Below, in pieces: positions 37,762 to 47,747 of a stretch of 64,000 nucleotides of DNA. Each line of letters starts with the position of its first letter. Within the stretch, counting starts at the first letter, position 1. The translations under genes were made by a program, and so were the position numbers. Below the pieces are notes generated by a model that was not told where the DNA came from, made no database searches, and worked only from the letters and a program-made list of their open reading frames with translations. Origin of the DNA: Lentisphaeria bacterium (lineage in GTDB: Bacteria; Verrucomicrobiota; Lentisphaeria; JABSQK01; JAWLHB01); assembly GCA_041690595.1 (NCBI GenBank), contig JAWLHB010000046.1, positions 1-64,000 on the forward strand. Direction: 5' to 3'.

Positions 37762-38439
37762 TCAGCCGGGCAGATAGCCATCCGCATCGCGCCGCAGCAC
37801 CCGATCCGCCGGCAGCCGTCGCTCCAGAATCCGTCGCCGATTGCGCGCGTCGGAGAAGTCATAGTGCATGGCCGCATCCTGCGGCGTGCGTCCCCCGCGG
37901 ATGTGTCTGGCGATGGTTCCCTCCCGCACCAGCGCCTCCGGCGCCTCGACAAAGAGCGTCAGGTGCGCGTCCTGATGCAGCGTGCACCAGCCCGGCTCGT
38001 CCAATAACAGATAGTTGCCCTCCACCAGGCAGACGCCGCGGTTGATGACGGCGATTGCATCCGGCACCGGCTCGTGTGCCTCCCGGTCGTAGGCCGGCCA
38101 GCGCATCGGCTCCCCCAACCGCAGCCGTCGCAGATGCTCGGCGAGGGCGGCAAAGTCGTAGCTCTCCGGAGCCCCCTTTATCCGGCGCAACGGCATCTCG
38201 ATGCCGTCGACGACGATCCGTCGCCGATCGAGAAGAGCGTTGGGGAGGTGAAAACCATCCATCGGCAGCCACTGCACGGCAAGGCCGTCAGCCGCCAGCT
38301 CCGAGAGCTGACGACACAGAGTGCTCTTCCCGCTGCCCGGCGGCCCGGCGATCAGCACGACCAGCCTGGCCGCCTGCTCCACTGACGCACGGTCGCGCAG
38401 CCACTGGAGCAGGGGTGGCAGGAAGGCACTCCCGCACAT
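37762..38439 (-). CDS. P-loop kinase, uridine/pantothenate kinase-like (YggC-like)
   Basis: IAGPPGSGKST, PMDGFH, KGAPESYD, VEGNYLLL. Confidence 0.85.
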   Translation of the reverse strand: MCGSAFLPPLLQWLRDRASVEQAARLVVLIAGPPGSGKSTLCRQLSELAADGLAVQWLPMDGFHLPNALLDRRRIVVDGIEMPLRRIKGAPESYDFAALAEHLRRLRLGEPMRWPAYDREAHEPVPDAIAVINRGVCLVEGNYLLLDEPGWCTLHQDAHLTLFVEAPEALVREGTIARHIRGGRTPQDAAMHYDFSDARNRRRILERRLPADRVLRRDADGYLPG

Positions 38440-38451
38440 CGCCGCGTCTCC

Positions 38452-39744
38452 TCAGCGACCTGCCCGCAACGCTTGGTCGAAGTCCGCCTTGATATCGTCG
38501 ATATGCTCGAGGCCGACCGACACGCGCACGAAGTCCGGCGACAATCCACATGCCCGCTGGGCCTCTTCGCTCAACTGCTGATGGCTGGTCGAGGCGGGAT
38601 GCAGGACGAGGGTCTTGGCATCGCCGACATTGGCCAGATGGCTCGACAGCTTCACGTTGTTGATGAAGGATTCCGCTGCCTTGTAGCCGCCCTTGGGACC
38701 AAAGCCGAAGACGGATCCGAAGCCACCCTTGAGGTACTTTCCTGCCACCTTGTGGTAGGGATGATCCGCCAGGCCTGTATAAACGACCCAGTCGACCAGC
38801 TCGTGCTCCTGAAGCCATTTGGCCAGCGCCAGCGCATTTTCGCAGTGGCGCGGCATGCGCAGGTGCAGCGTCTCCAGCCCTTGCGTGAAGAGGAAGGCGT
38901 TGAAGGGGCTCGGGCACATGCCGATGTTGCGCAGACCCTGGACGCGGGCCTTGATGATGAAGGCCACATTACCCATGCCCGGCACGTTGCTCAAAGCATC
39001 CCAGTAGACGATGCCGTGATAGCTGTCGTCCGGCGTGGTGAACTCGGGATAGCGGCCGGTGCTCCAGTCGAACTTGCCGCTGTCCACGATACAGCCGCCA
39101 ATCGAGGTCCCATGACCGCCAATCCATTTCGTGCAGGAGTGAACCACCACGTCGACCCCATGGTCGATCGGGCGGCAGATGACGGGCGAGAAGGTATTGT
39201 CGCAGAAGACCGCGATCTTCTCCTTGTGCGCCGCCGCCGTGATGCCGGCGATATCCAGGACGTCACCCTTCGGATTGCCGATCGACTCCAGGAAGACTGC
39301 CTTCGTGTTCTTCCGGATGGCCGAGCTGACCTTTTCGCCGTCCATATCGTCGATGAAGGTAACGTCGATGCCGAACTGCTTGAAGGTGAAGCGGAAGAGG
39401 GTGTCGGTACCGCCATAGAGGGAGGCGCTGCTGATCATGTGGTCGCCTGCCCCCAGCACGTTGGTCAGGGCCAGGAAGATCGCCGCCATGCCGCTGGATG
39501 TACCCAGCCCCCCCGTGCCCCCTTCCAGGGCCGCCACCCGCTTCTCCCACGCGTCCGTCGTGGGATTCATCAGGCGCGTATAGATATTGCCGAACTCCGC
39601 CAGACTGAAAAGCTTCGCCGCATGCTCCGTGGAGTTGAAGACATAGCTGCTGGTCTGGTAAATCGGCAGCGCCCGCGCGTTGGTCGTCGGGTCCGGTTGC
39701 TGGCCGGCGTGCAGGCAGAGGGTATCGATGCGATGGTCACTCAT
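38452..39744 (-). CDS. metY: O-acetylhomoserine aminocarboxypropyltransferase
   Basis: LHAGQ, PIYQTSSY, GNIYTRLMNPT, HSCTKWIGGHG, HLANVGDAKTL. Confidence 0.93.
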   Translation of the reverse strand: MSDHRIDTLCLHAGQQPDPTTNARALPIYQTSSYVFNSTEHAAKLFSLAEFGNIYTRLMNPTTDAWEKRVAALEGGTGGLGTSSGMAAIFLALTNVLGAGDHMISSASLYGGTDTLFRFTFKQFGIDVTFIDDMDGEKVSSAIRKNTKAVFLESIGNPKGDVLDIAGITAAAHKEKIAVFCDNTFSPVICRPIDHGVDVVVHSCTKWIGGHGTSIGGCIVDSGKFDWSTGRYPEFTTPDDSYHGIVYWDALSNVPGMGNVAFIIKARVQGLRNIGMCPSPFNAFLFTQGLETLHLRMPRHCENALALAKWLQEHELVDWVVYTGLADHPYHKVAGKYLKGGFGSVFGFGPKGGYKAAESFINNVKLSSHLANVGDAKTLVLHPASTSHQQLSEEAQRACGLSPDFVRVSVGLEHIDDIKADFDQALRAGR

Positions 39745-39838
39745 GGAGAATCTCCAGGTTGCATGAAAGTACAAAATGTTTATCGACAATATGCATACTG
39801 TAGCGCGGCACGGGGGGTGCGGCAATGCCTTTCGGCTT

Positions 39839-42799
39839 CTATCCGGAGGCCGTCAGGGCTTTTCGATCGTCGGCCGCCACGGCATCTTCCGCCGCCGGGA
39901 CGCCGCGGGCCCGCAGAAACCACCAGCCAAGGCCGATCACTGCCAGCTGTGTGGCGCAGAAGAAGCCGAGCCAGAAGACACCACCCGACGTGAAGCCATA
40001 CGAATGCAGACCGACACCCAGCAGGTTCACGCCGAACCAGGAGAGCGCCGTGACGATGTTGCCCCCGATCGCGAGGAACATCAGCCCTGCATCCGAAAGG
40101 AAGCGACCGACCCGCGCATGCATCGCCATCGCGCACCAGCAGACGATGAGCAGCGCCCCGTTCTCCTTCGGGTCCCATCCCCAGAAGCGGCCCCAGCTCT
40201 GATCCGCCCAGACGCCGCCAAGCACCGTACCCACGAAGCTGAAGAAGAGCGCGAAAGCGATGATCCCGTAGACCGTCGGGGCGACCCGGCTGCAGGTTGT
40301 CCGGTCTTGCCGCCACGGCAGGACGTCCCGCACCACCGCGACGATGCCGATGGCACCCGCGAGGAACATCGCCCCATAGCCCATGGTGATTGTCGTCACG
40401 TGCGTGCTCAGCCAGAAGTTCGAGTCGAGCACCGCCCGCATCATCTCCATCGTCTCACCGCCGCGCGCCAGGTGATGTGCCACGATCAGGGTCGAGAAGC
40501 CCACCACCGCACCCGCGATGTTGCCATAGCCGACGCGCTGCCGCCACTCCAGGAAGAGGCTAAGGATCACCGCAACCCAGCCGACGAAGATGGCCGAGCT
40601 GTACAGATTCGTCACCGGCGCATACCCATGCAGTGCAACCCGCCAGACAAGGCCGGCTGTATGCAGCACCAGCGCCACGGCCAGGATGGCAAAGGCCGTC
40701 CGGCGCCCGAAATGCCACCACTTCGCCCATGCCGCCAGCATCAGCAGAAAGACGACGATGTAGAGGAGCATCGACACGTAGAAGGGTTGAGCATGGTTAT
40801 AGACCAACTCGGCCTGCACCTTCTTCCACGGGGTCAGCGGCGCCAGCCACTCCGCCATCTCCGCCGTCCGCGTGTTGAAGGCCTCGACATCGCCCGCGGC
40901 ATAGGCGCTCTGCAGGGCCCGGTAATCCTCTACCAGGCGATTTGCGTCACTGTTGGCGGGCGATATCGCCCCCTCGATCAGCGTCAGCCATTCGTTAGCC
41001 GGTGAGGCCGCCGGCGGAATGGGCTGGAAGAGCGATGCCTGCATTAGGAACTGGATGTCCTGCATCGACTGAGGAGTCATCTCCACATTGGGTGGCGCTT
41101 CCATCGAGAACTGCAGGCGCTGATAGAGCGCGATGCGCTGCTGAAGCGTGTTCACCGCCCGTCCGAAGAGGGTCGTCGGTTGATCCTTGCCCTCCGGGAT
41201 CGCCAGCTCGGCCTGGCGGCGGATCTCCGCGCGGAATGGCCCAAGCTCCGTGAACGAGAAGTAGCGCTGCTCTCCGGGTGAACGCCCCAGAAGTCCCAGC
41301 AGATCCGGATGATCCACGACGAAGACAGGGATGCGGTCTCCCTCTTCCGGCGTCGCCATCAGCCGCAGGTACCACGCCATCGCCGAGAGCTTCTCCCCTT
41401 CGAAACGTACGCCCTGCTTGCCATAGAGCTGCAGGAGGCTGTTGCGCGCCACACTGTCCAGCGGCTTGACGCGGCCGTCCTGATAGACGGGCAGTTGCCC
41501 CATCGCCGTGATGTCGAAGCTCCCGCCGCCCCCGGGCAGACGGAAGCTGCCCAGGACGCCGACGATGCAGAGTGCCACAATGGCAATCGCCAGAATCCGC
41601 GCTGGCAGACTGAGCGGTGTACGCTCGACCACGTGACCGGGAGCCGTCAGCCCTGCTTCCCGGCGGGCCCGTTGCCGCCGCAGTGCCCGGATGCCTTCGA
41701 TCATGAGCCCGAGCGTCAGGATGATGCAGGCGATGTACGGCAGCAGCCAGCCGGGATTCTCCACCACCTGCAGTACTGTGATGTCTTCGCCCTGGAAGCC
41801 CGATTGGTAGTAAACGCGGCCATCATGGCGGAAAGGATTGTTCATCGAGATGAAGACGTCACGCGTCGCGCCATCCGGCTCGATGAGCGTAAGTGCGCTG
41901 CTGAAACTGCGCGAGATCTGCGTGCCGGCGTAGCGGTCATGCCGGAACTCGTTCAGCGTCAGCGCGGAGTCCGAATAGTACCGCCGCTGGCGAAGAGCAA
42001 GCTCCCACATCTCCCCCTCGTACTCGAAGCTCTCGTTGAAGGCGGGCTGAAGCTGCTGACCATCCCACCAGGGACCGCTGCCGATCAGCCAGCGCCCGAT
42101 TGGCTGACCGCCGGCGATCAGTTCGATATCTACGCCCAGGCAGGCCTGGCTCTCCGCCAGCACGGCTTCCGGAGCGGCGCGAACCTCCACGGGAACACGG
42201 TTGGCATAGCCCTCTTTCTTCGCTGCCTCCGCCGTCGCCACCAGCAGGGTATTGGGATAGTGCTGATGAATATTGACCGTGAAGGGCAAGGCAGGCGCGT
42301 TGATCATGCGGGATTTGAGCAGTCGCTTCTGCGGTATGCTCGTCACCTCGTCGACCTGCTCGCCGGCGCGTATGAGAACCAGCTCCACCTCCCGGTAATC
42401 CTCGGAATACTGTCGCGTCTCCCCCTGCTGCAGGCGCATGAAGCTCTCCCGCTGCCAGACCGCGTTCGCCAGGACGCCGATGATCAGGAGTACCAGCCCC
42501 GCGTGCGTAAGCATGAAGCCCGGCTGCTTCCGCAGAATCTGCCACCGCAGGGAGAATGCCGCTCCGAGATTCAGCAGGAGCAGCGCGCCGATCGTAAAGC
42601 CGCCGGGAAAGAGCGGTATGGTCCACCCGGTCTGCGCCATCGGCAGCATCACCAGCCAACTGGCGAAATAGATATCCTGGGCCACAAAGGTGCCCATGTT
42701 CCGTTGGGCGAGCGTGCCGCCGACGACCAGGGTCATTCCCAGCACGAGCAGGAAAACAGTGAAACGAAGCGAGGCAAGAGAACGAAGGGCGTTTTTCAT
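39839..42799 (-). CDS. ccsA: Cytochrome c biogenesis system II CcsB(ResB)-CcsA fusion
   Basis: N-terminal ResB-like TMs with MNNPFR..YYQSGF; C-terminal WADQSWGRFWGWDPKEN WWD domain and GLHSYG. Confidence 0.9.
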   Translation of the reverse strand: MKNALRSLASLRFTVFLLVLGMTLVVGGTLAQRNMGTFVAQDIYFASWLVMLPMAQTGWTIPLFPGGFTIGALLLLNLGAAFSLRWQILRKQPGFMLTHAGLVLLIIGVLANAVWQRESFMRLQQGETRQYSEDYREVELVLIRAGEQVDEVTSIPQKRLLKSRMINAPALPFTVNIHQHYPNTLLVATAEAAKKEGYANRVPVEVRAAPEAVLAESQACLGVDIELIAGGQPIGRWLIGSGPWWDGQQLQPAFNESFEYEGEMWELALRQRRYYSDSALTLNEFRHDRYAGTQISRSFSSALTLIEPDGATRDVFISMNNPFRHDGRVYYQSGFQGEDITVLQVVENPGWLLPYIACIILTLGLMIEGIRALRRQRARREAGLTAPGHVVERTPLSLPARILAIAIVALCIVGVLGSFRLPGGGGSFDITAMGQLPVYQDGRVKPLDSVARNSLLQLYGKQGVRFEGEKLSAMAWYLRLMATPEEGDRIPVFVVDHPDLLGLLGRSPGEQRYFSFTELGPFRAEIRRQAELAIPEGKDQPTTLFGRAVNTLQQRIALYQRLQFSMEAPPNVEMTPQSMQDIQFLMQASLFQPIPPAASPANEWLTLIEGAISPANSDANRLVEDYRALQSAYAAGDVEAFNTRTAEMAEWLAPLTPWKKVQAELVYNHAQPFYVSMLLYIVVFLLMLAAWAKWWHFGRRTAFAILAVALVLHTAGLVWRVALHGYAPVTNLYSSAIFVGWVAVILSLFLEWRQRVGYGNIAGAVVGFSTLIVAHHLARGGETMEMMRAVLDSNFWLSTHVTTITMGYGAMFLAGAIGIVAVVRDVLPWRQDRTTCSRVAPTVYGIIAFALFFSFVGTVLGGVWADQSWGRFWGWDPKENGALLIVCWCAMAMHARVGRFLSDAGLMFLAIGGNIVTALSWFGVNLLGVGLHSYGFTSGGVFWLGFFCATQLAVIGLGWWFLRARGVPAAEDAVAADDRKALTASG

Positions 42800-43416
42800 T
42801 GGGCGTTATGCTCCAGGCGAAGGCTGCTAAGGCAAGCGATCAGGGCCGAGCGGTTCGTCTTGACCGCGGCGGCGCTGCCGGTGAGTTTCATGAACCAGGT
42901 ACTGCCGCTGATCGGAACGACCCCGATCAACATGGCTCCGGGAGTGTTGGCATCCGTTGGCGGCGCCGTCGCTTCCAGGTCGATCAACGTGCCTGCGCCG
43001 ACGGTCAGCTCCAGCGGCTCCAGATAGTCCGCAAGCTGCTCCTCGGCGATCGGCTCCAACCCAAGCTGGCCGCGCCAACGGTTGACGTTGCCAAGATTCG
43101 TGCCGCCACTGCCTTCCAGCATGACCACCGAGAGTTCCGCCGCGTCGGCCCCCTCCCCGAGACGATAGCTGGCCTTGCGCATGGCGGAGGCCGGCATCGT
43201 CTCCCATCCAGCGGGAGCATCCCAGACGATCTCGCAACAGGAAGGATCCGAGCCCATGGCAGCCGTGACGGGCGATGCCATGGCGGGAGCCGCGGCTACC
43301 GCATGAACCGCACTGCGGCCGTCATGCTCCAGACGATAGGTGGTGACGGCATTCCGTTCACAGCCCATGCAGGCAGCGATCAGTGCAAGTGGAATCAGGA
43401 TACGTCGCATCAGCAT
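42796..43416 (-). CDS. Hypothetical lipoprotein in the hemA-ccs operon
   Basis: Lipobox-like ACMGC; WDAPAGW..MRKASY..NVNRWRGQLGL..WFMKLTG; overlaps both neighbours. Confidence 0.8.
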   Translation of the reverse strand: MLMRRILIPLALIAACMGCERNAVTTYRLEHDGRSAVHAVAAAPAMASPVTAAMGSDPSCCEIVWDAPAGWETMPASAMRKASYRLGEGADAAELSVVMLEGSGGTNLGNVNRWRGQLGLEPIAEEQLADYLEPLELTVGAGTLIDLEATAPPTDANTPGAMLIGVVPISGSTWFMKLTGSAAAVKTNRSALIACLSSLRLEHNAQ

Positions 43417-44735
43417 CTTTCTCCGCATTCAGCGACCAGAGCCGGCTCACCCGAATCGGGTTCGCGCTCGGCTTGCAGGTCAAAGAGGTGTTCGAACAGG
43501 GTGAGTTTCAAATCAGGATCGGCATCGTCGGATCGTTCATGCAAAGCTTTCAATGGTGGATGGAGCAGACGGTTGACGATCAGCCGTGTGGCGCGCCGGA
43601 TCTCGTCCTGCGCTTGATCCGAATAGGTCTGGCGTCGGAAAAGCCGTTCCAGCTCTTGCTCCTGCACCGCCGCTGCCCGTTGGTGCAGCGCCTTCACCAG
43701 CGGGGTGATGTCGCGATCGCCGGAGCGGATATCCTCCCGCACCAGCCACTCCACCAGCGCCTCCGCCTTGGGCACTTCCGACTCGCGCTGCCGCAGGTTC
43801 TCGTGCAGTTGCTGGTTAAGCTGGTCGATATTGTGAAGGATTACCCGAGGAATATCCCCAACGGATGGCGCCACATCTCGCGGTACGGCTACGTCGATCA
43901 GGCAGAGCGGCCGCTCCTGGCGCCCGGCCATTGCCCGCTTGACCAGCGCATGATCGATCAGCGGCTGGTGACTGGCCGTACTGCAGATCACCACGTCCGC
44001 CCAGTGCAGCGTCGCTTCCAGGTGGCTCAGCTCCAACGCGATGCCGTCGACCTCTCCGGCAACGTCTGCCGCCCTCTGCGGGGAACGGTTGAGAATACGC
44101 GCGCCGCGCACCCCCTGCTTGTGCAGGTGCTGCCCGACCAGCGCCCCAAGGCGGCCCGCTCCCAGCAGCGCAACCCGCCGCCGGCAGAGATCCGGAACGC
44201 AATCACGGGCCGCACGCACCGCAAGAGAGCCTACCGACAAGGCACCTTCCCCCAACCGCGTCTGGGCCCTGATCTTGCGCGAGGCGCCATAGGCACACCG
44301 CAGAAGCCGCTCCAGACCACCGGCGACGCTCTCCGCCTCCACCGCAAACTGCTGGGCTTCCTTCAACTGGCCAAGGATCTGCGTCTCCCCCAGCGCCATA
44401 GAATCCAACCCGCTCGCCACCCGGTAGAGGTGACGCCACGCCGCTTCATCGTGATGCGCATAGAAAAAATGTTGCCAGCAATCGGGCGCCAGATGCCCGA
44501 GCAGGCAGATGTCCGCGCGAAGATCGTCAAGCTGGCTCGGCGTCGCCGCCACTATCCATTCGCTGCGATTGCAGGTGCCTACAAAAATCAGTTCATCCAC
44601 CAGCGCTGCCTGCCGACGAAGCAGGGCCAGCACATGCTCGCGGTCTCCCGGAAAACGCTCGCGCACCGTTACCGGCGCACTGCGATGACTCAATCCAATA
44701 ATGGAAATCTTACTATCGGCAATCATACTCTGCAT
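43410..44735 (-). CDS. hemA: Glutamyl-tRNA reductase
   Basis: GLSHRSAPVTVRE, TCNRSE, SGLDSMALGETQILGQ, GAGRLG, DVAVPRDV. Confidence 0.93.
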   Translation of the reverse strand: MQSMIADSKISIIGLSHRSAPVTVRERFPGDREHVLALLRRQAALVDELIFVGTCNRSEWIVAATPSQLDDLRADICLLGHLAPDCWQHFFYAHHDEAAWRHLYRVASGLDSMALGETQILGQLKEAQQFAVEAESVAGGLERLLRCAYGASRKIRAQTRLGEGALSVGSLAVRAARDCVPDLCRRRVALLGAGRLGALVGQHLHKQGVRGARILNRSPQRAADVAGEVDGIALELSHLEATLHWADVVICSTASHQPLIDHALVKRAMAGRQERPLCLIDVAVPRDVAPSVGDIPRVILHNIDQLNQQLHENLRQRESEVPKAEALVEWLVREDIRSGDRDITPLVKALHQRAAAVQEQELERLFRRQTYSDQAQDEIRRATRLIVNRLLHPPLKALHERSDDADPDLKLTLFEHLFDLQAEREPDSGEPALVAECGERC

Positions 44736-45049
44736 GGTTGTTGACAGGGCATCTCGTGCACCCCCAAGGTTATCGATCGGCACCTGTCGAAGAACATGTC
44801 CGAGCTTACGCCATCCACCTCTTCCAACCGGCTCCCACCGTCACCGGCCAAGCCAGCGCGATGGAATAACTAAATAAGCAGAAACAATGCCATATTTCAA
44901 CCATGCGCTCGCCCGCCCGCGCAATATTCCGCAATCGGAGCCCCAGTTACCGCGCAATTTTTCGCGGCATTCATCCTTTCGAGCCCACGGCGCTATGCGC
45001 AATTTTGCCGATGGCAGACCATATTCCGTTATGGATTAACGAAACTTCG

Positions 45050-45823
45050 TCATTTCAGCAGCACCGCAACCGGTGTGCCGAGGGCCGCGGAGCAGAGATC
45101 GGCCGCCCGTCCCCGGTTCACCGCGACCTCCAGAAAGCCGAAGCTGTTGATCAAGGCTACCGCTTCCCCCTCCTGCGCCTCCGCGTAGGTGCGGTGCAGC
45201 CCGTGCAGCCGAAGCGGGCCAATCCGGATGGTGAGCCGCTCCCCATCCGGCGGCAACCAGGATTCTGGAATGTTGCTGACCACATTCCCGAAGTGGTCGA
45301 TCCACGCGACCCGCCCCTCGATGGCTTCCGTCCCGCGGGTTGCCGGCACCGTCACGCCCGGCCGCGGATCCGTGACTGGGGCACCCAGACGCTCCAGCGG
45401 CAGCCCCGTCGCCAGCCAGGCCGCGGCGGGTGCAAAAAGGTCCCGCCCGTGAAAGGTTGCACTGGTCGATGCCAGTCGGTACCTGGCCTCATCCAGGCTC
45501 ACGCACCGAAAATCGCGGCCATGCAGAAGCTCCCCCAGCACGCCATTGTCCGGCGCCACAAAGAAGTGCCCTTCGCAGGTGGCGGCAATGGCGCGGCGGC
45601 TGGTGCCCACGCCAGGATCCACCACCACCAGATGCACCGTGCCCTCGGGAAACCACGCATACGCCATCCGCAGATAAAAGGCCGCCGTCGCGACATCCTG
45701 AGGCGGCACCGCATGCGTCAGGTCCACAAGGACCGCCTGCGGCGCTATCGAGCGAATCACGCCCTTCATGACGCCCACAAAGATGTCCGCGTCGCCAAAA
45801 TCGGTAAGTAGTGTGATGGTCAT
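45050..45823 (-). CDS. SAM hydrolase / chlorinase-fluorinase family (DUF62)
   Basis: ITLLTDFG, VVVDPGVGTSR, APDNG, TFHGRDLFAP, IDHFGN, NSFGFLEVA. Confidence 0.92.
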   Translation of the reverse strand: MTITLLTDFGDADIFVGVMKGVIRSIAPQAVLVDLTHAVPPQDVATAAFYLRMAYAWFPEGTVHLVVVDPGVGTSRRAIAATCEGHFFVAPDNGVLGELLHGRDFRCVSLDEARYRLASTSATFHGRDLFAPAAAWLATGLPLERLGAPVTDPRPGVTVPATRGTEAIEGRVAWIDHFGNVVSNIPESWLPPDGERLTIRIGPLRLHGLHRTYAEAQEGEAVALINSFGFLEVAVNRGRAADLCSAALGTPVAVLLK

Positions 45824-45980
45824 GTCACTACCATAATCCATGTTCCTTCATTCAGCTTGCTTGGTCTATCCAGAATTGCCTTGCATACGCAAAATGCCAG
45901 AGTAGATTCACCCACAAGTCCCCGTTCACCTCCCTTTCCTGACACTGATAAACAAATTCCCGCGTGAGGAAACCACGACC

Positions 45981-47723
45981 ATGCGCAGCCTCTGCTCCCT
46001 GTTTAGTTTCTTTCTCCTATTCGTCTGTACGCCCGCTATCCGTGCTCAGGAAGAGAGCTTGCCGCTTCAGAAGAGCGCGGTCGATAACAGCTTTAAGGAG
46101 ACCGCCGCTTATCTGGATGCCGGCGGCGAACTCTTTGTCTACCTCTCTACCGAAAGGGCCATAGCGGAAGCAAAGAAGCAGTTCGACAAGTTGGCTGCCC
46201 AATCCGGCAACACGCATCCAATGAGGATGGTGGCAGTGATCAGCGGCGGCATGAAGCCATTCCTCCAGCGCCTTGGCGTCTTCGATATGTCCGGTCTGGG
46301 CATCAGCTCCATTCGCACCACCGACCAGCTCAGCCGCAACCGCATGATGATATACGGCGCCGGCGCCGAGGGGGCAATGTGGAAGCTGCTGGGTACACCT
46401 GGCCAGGGGCTTGCCGCCACGGCTACCCTGCCCGCCTACGTCGACATCGCTTTCGCCTCCCGGCTCGATGGCCAACTGCTGGCCGATACCCTCGTTGCTG
46501 CCGCTGCCGACGCCATGCCGCAGGCCGCCGACCAGATCCAGCACAGCAAGGCCATGCTCAAGCAGCACATGGGCATCGATATCGATCAGCTTCTGCGGGA
46601 TTTCGGCAATGAACTTGCCCTGGCGGTTGCCTTCGATCAGGAGTCCATGGTCGAAGCCAACGTGCAGGGCGTCACCGTGAAGCTCCCGAAGCCCGACTTC
46701 ATTTTCATGGTGCAGACCAACGGCACCTACATTTATGATCTCCTGGCAGGCAAGATCTGGAACCAGAAGTTGCAGGCCCAGTCCCGTCCTCTCGGCGACA
46801 CGCAGATGCTGGTGGCCAGTGAAGAACTCAACACTGGTGAATTGGTCATCCGCCCGGCGCTCGCCCAGGTCGGCAGCCTCATGCTCATCGGCAGCTCCCC
46901 CGAGACGCTGGAGAAGCACCTGGCGGCGCAATCCCGCCTGATCGACTCCGAGGCCTTCAAGAGCTACGGCGCAAACTTGCCCGACGGCGCCAACCAGCTT
47001 GTCTATGTCGGCCCCCGCGTCGCCGACATGGTCACTCGGCTTCAGGCGCAGGTGCCGGTGTTGGAAACGATGTCGCTGAACGTGCCCATCGGCCTCGGCG
47101 TCACCACCGTCGAAAAGGACGGCATCCTCTTCACCTCCAACTCTCCCGCCGGTCCGTCGTTCCTTGCCGTCCAGGCCGCGGCCCTTCCCCTCACCATCTT
47201 TGCACCCGCCATCCTGCCAAGACTGTTCCAGGTTCGTCGTCAAGCTCAACAGAAAGCTTCGCTCAATAACCTCAGACAGATCGGCTTGGGCTGTCTGATG
47301 TATTCAGGCGATCATAATGGGGATTTCCCGACGAAAGTCGGTTACCTCGGCCTCAACATGCTTATCGAGCAGAACTATATCCAAGGGGGAAAAGTCTTCA
47401 TCCATCCGAGTGACGATGCGCGTCAGCCCGGCGAGGAGCTTCTTCCCCGCGAATCGGCCACCTCCTATGCCTACGTCGGAGCCGGCCTAAGGGACGACCA
47501 TGCCAATGCCACGGCTACCCCCATTGCCATTCAGAAGCCGGCAGCCGATGATCGCGCTATACTTGTCCTCTTCATGGACGGCCATGTCGAGCTCCAAGCA
47601 CCCCGGGCCGATACCGTCGCCGGCACCATCGAAGCGCTCCGCCAGCGCTACAACTGGCCGGACGAGGACTATCAATTGCTCCTCGAAAACGCCCGCCAGA
47701 TCGACGCAGCGGAAGCCCAATAG
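45981..47723 (+). CDS. Secreted protein: large N-terminal domain fused to a pilin-like H-X9-DG/DUF1559-type head, copy 1
   Basis: Signal peptide; internal AILPRLFQVRRQAQQKASLNNLRQIGLGCLMYSGDHNGDFP..SYAY..VLFMDGHVE. Confidence 0.85.
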   Translation: MRSLCSLFSFFLLFVCTPAIRAQEESLPLQKSAVDNSFKETAAYLDAGGELFVYLSTERAIAEAKKQFDKLAAQSGNTHPMRMVAVISGGMKPFLQRLGVFDMSGLGISSIRTTDQLSRNRMMIYGAGAEGAMWKLLGTPGQGLAATATLPAYVDIAFASRLDGQLLADTLVAAAADAMPQAADQIQHSKAMLKQHMGIDIDQLLRDFGNELALAVAFDQESMVEANVQGVTVKLPKPDFIFMVQTNGTYIYDLLAGKIWNQKLQAQSRPLGDTQMLVASEELNTGELVIRPALAQVGSLMLIGSSPETLEKHLAAQSRLIDSEAFKSYGANLPDGANQLVYVGPRVADMVTRLQAQVPVLETMSLNVPIGLGVTTVEKDGILFTSNSPAGPSFLAVQAAALPLTIFAPAILPRLFQVRRQAQQKASLNNLRQIGLGCLMYSGDHNGDFPTKVGYLGLNMLIEQNYIQGGKVFIHPSDDARQPGEELLPRESATSYAYVGAGLRDDHANATATPIAIQKPAADDRAILVLFMDGHVELQAPRADTVAGTIEALRQRYNWPDEDYQLLLENARQIDAAEAQ

Positions 47724-47747
47724 GAAGCCAGAGAGGAAACTTCCACC

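Noticed and set aside
39745..39838. SAM riboswitch upstream of metY
   Set aside because: The intergenic region is short and I could not match SAM-I/II consensus elements; an Rfam scan would settle it.
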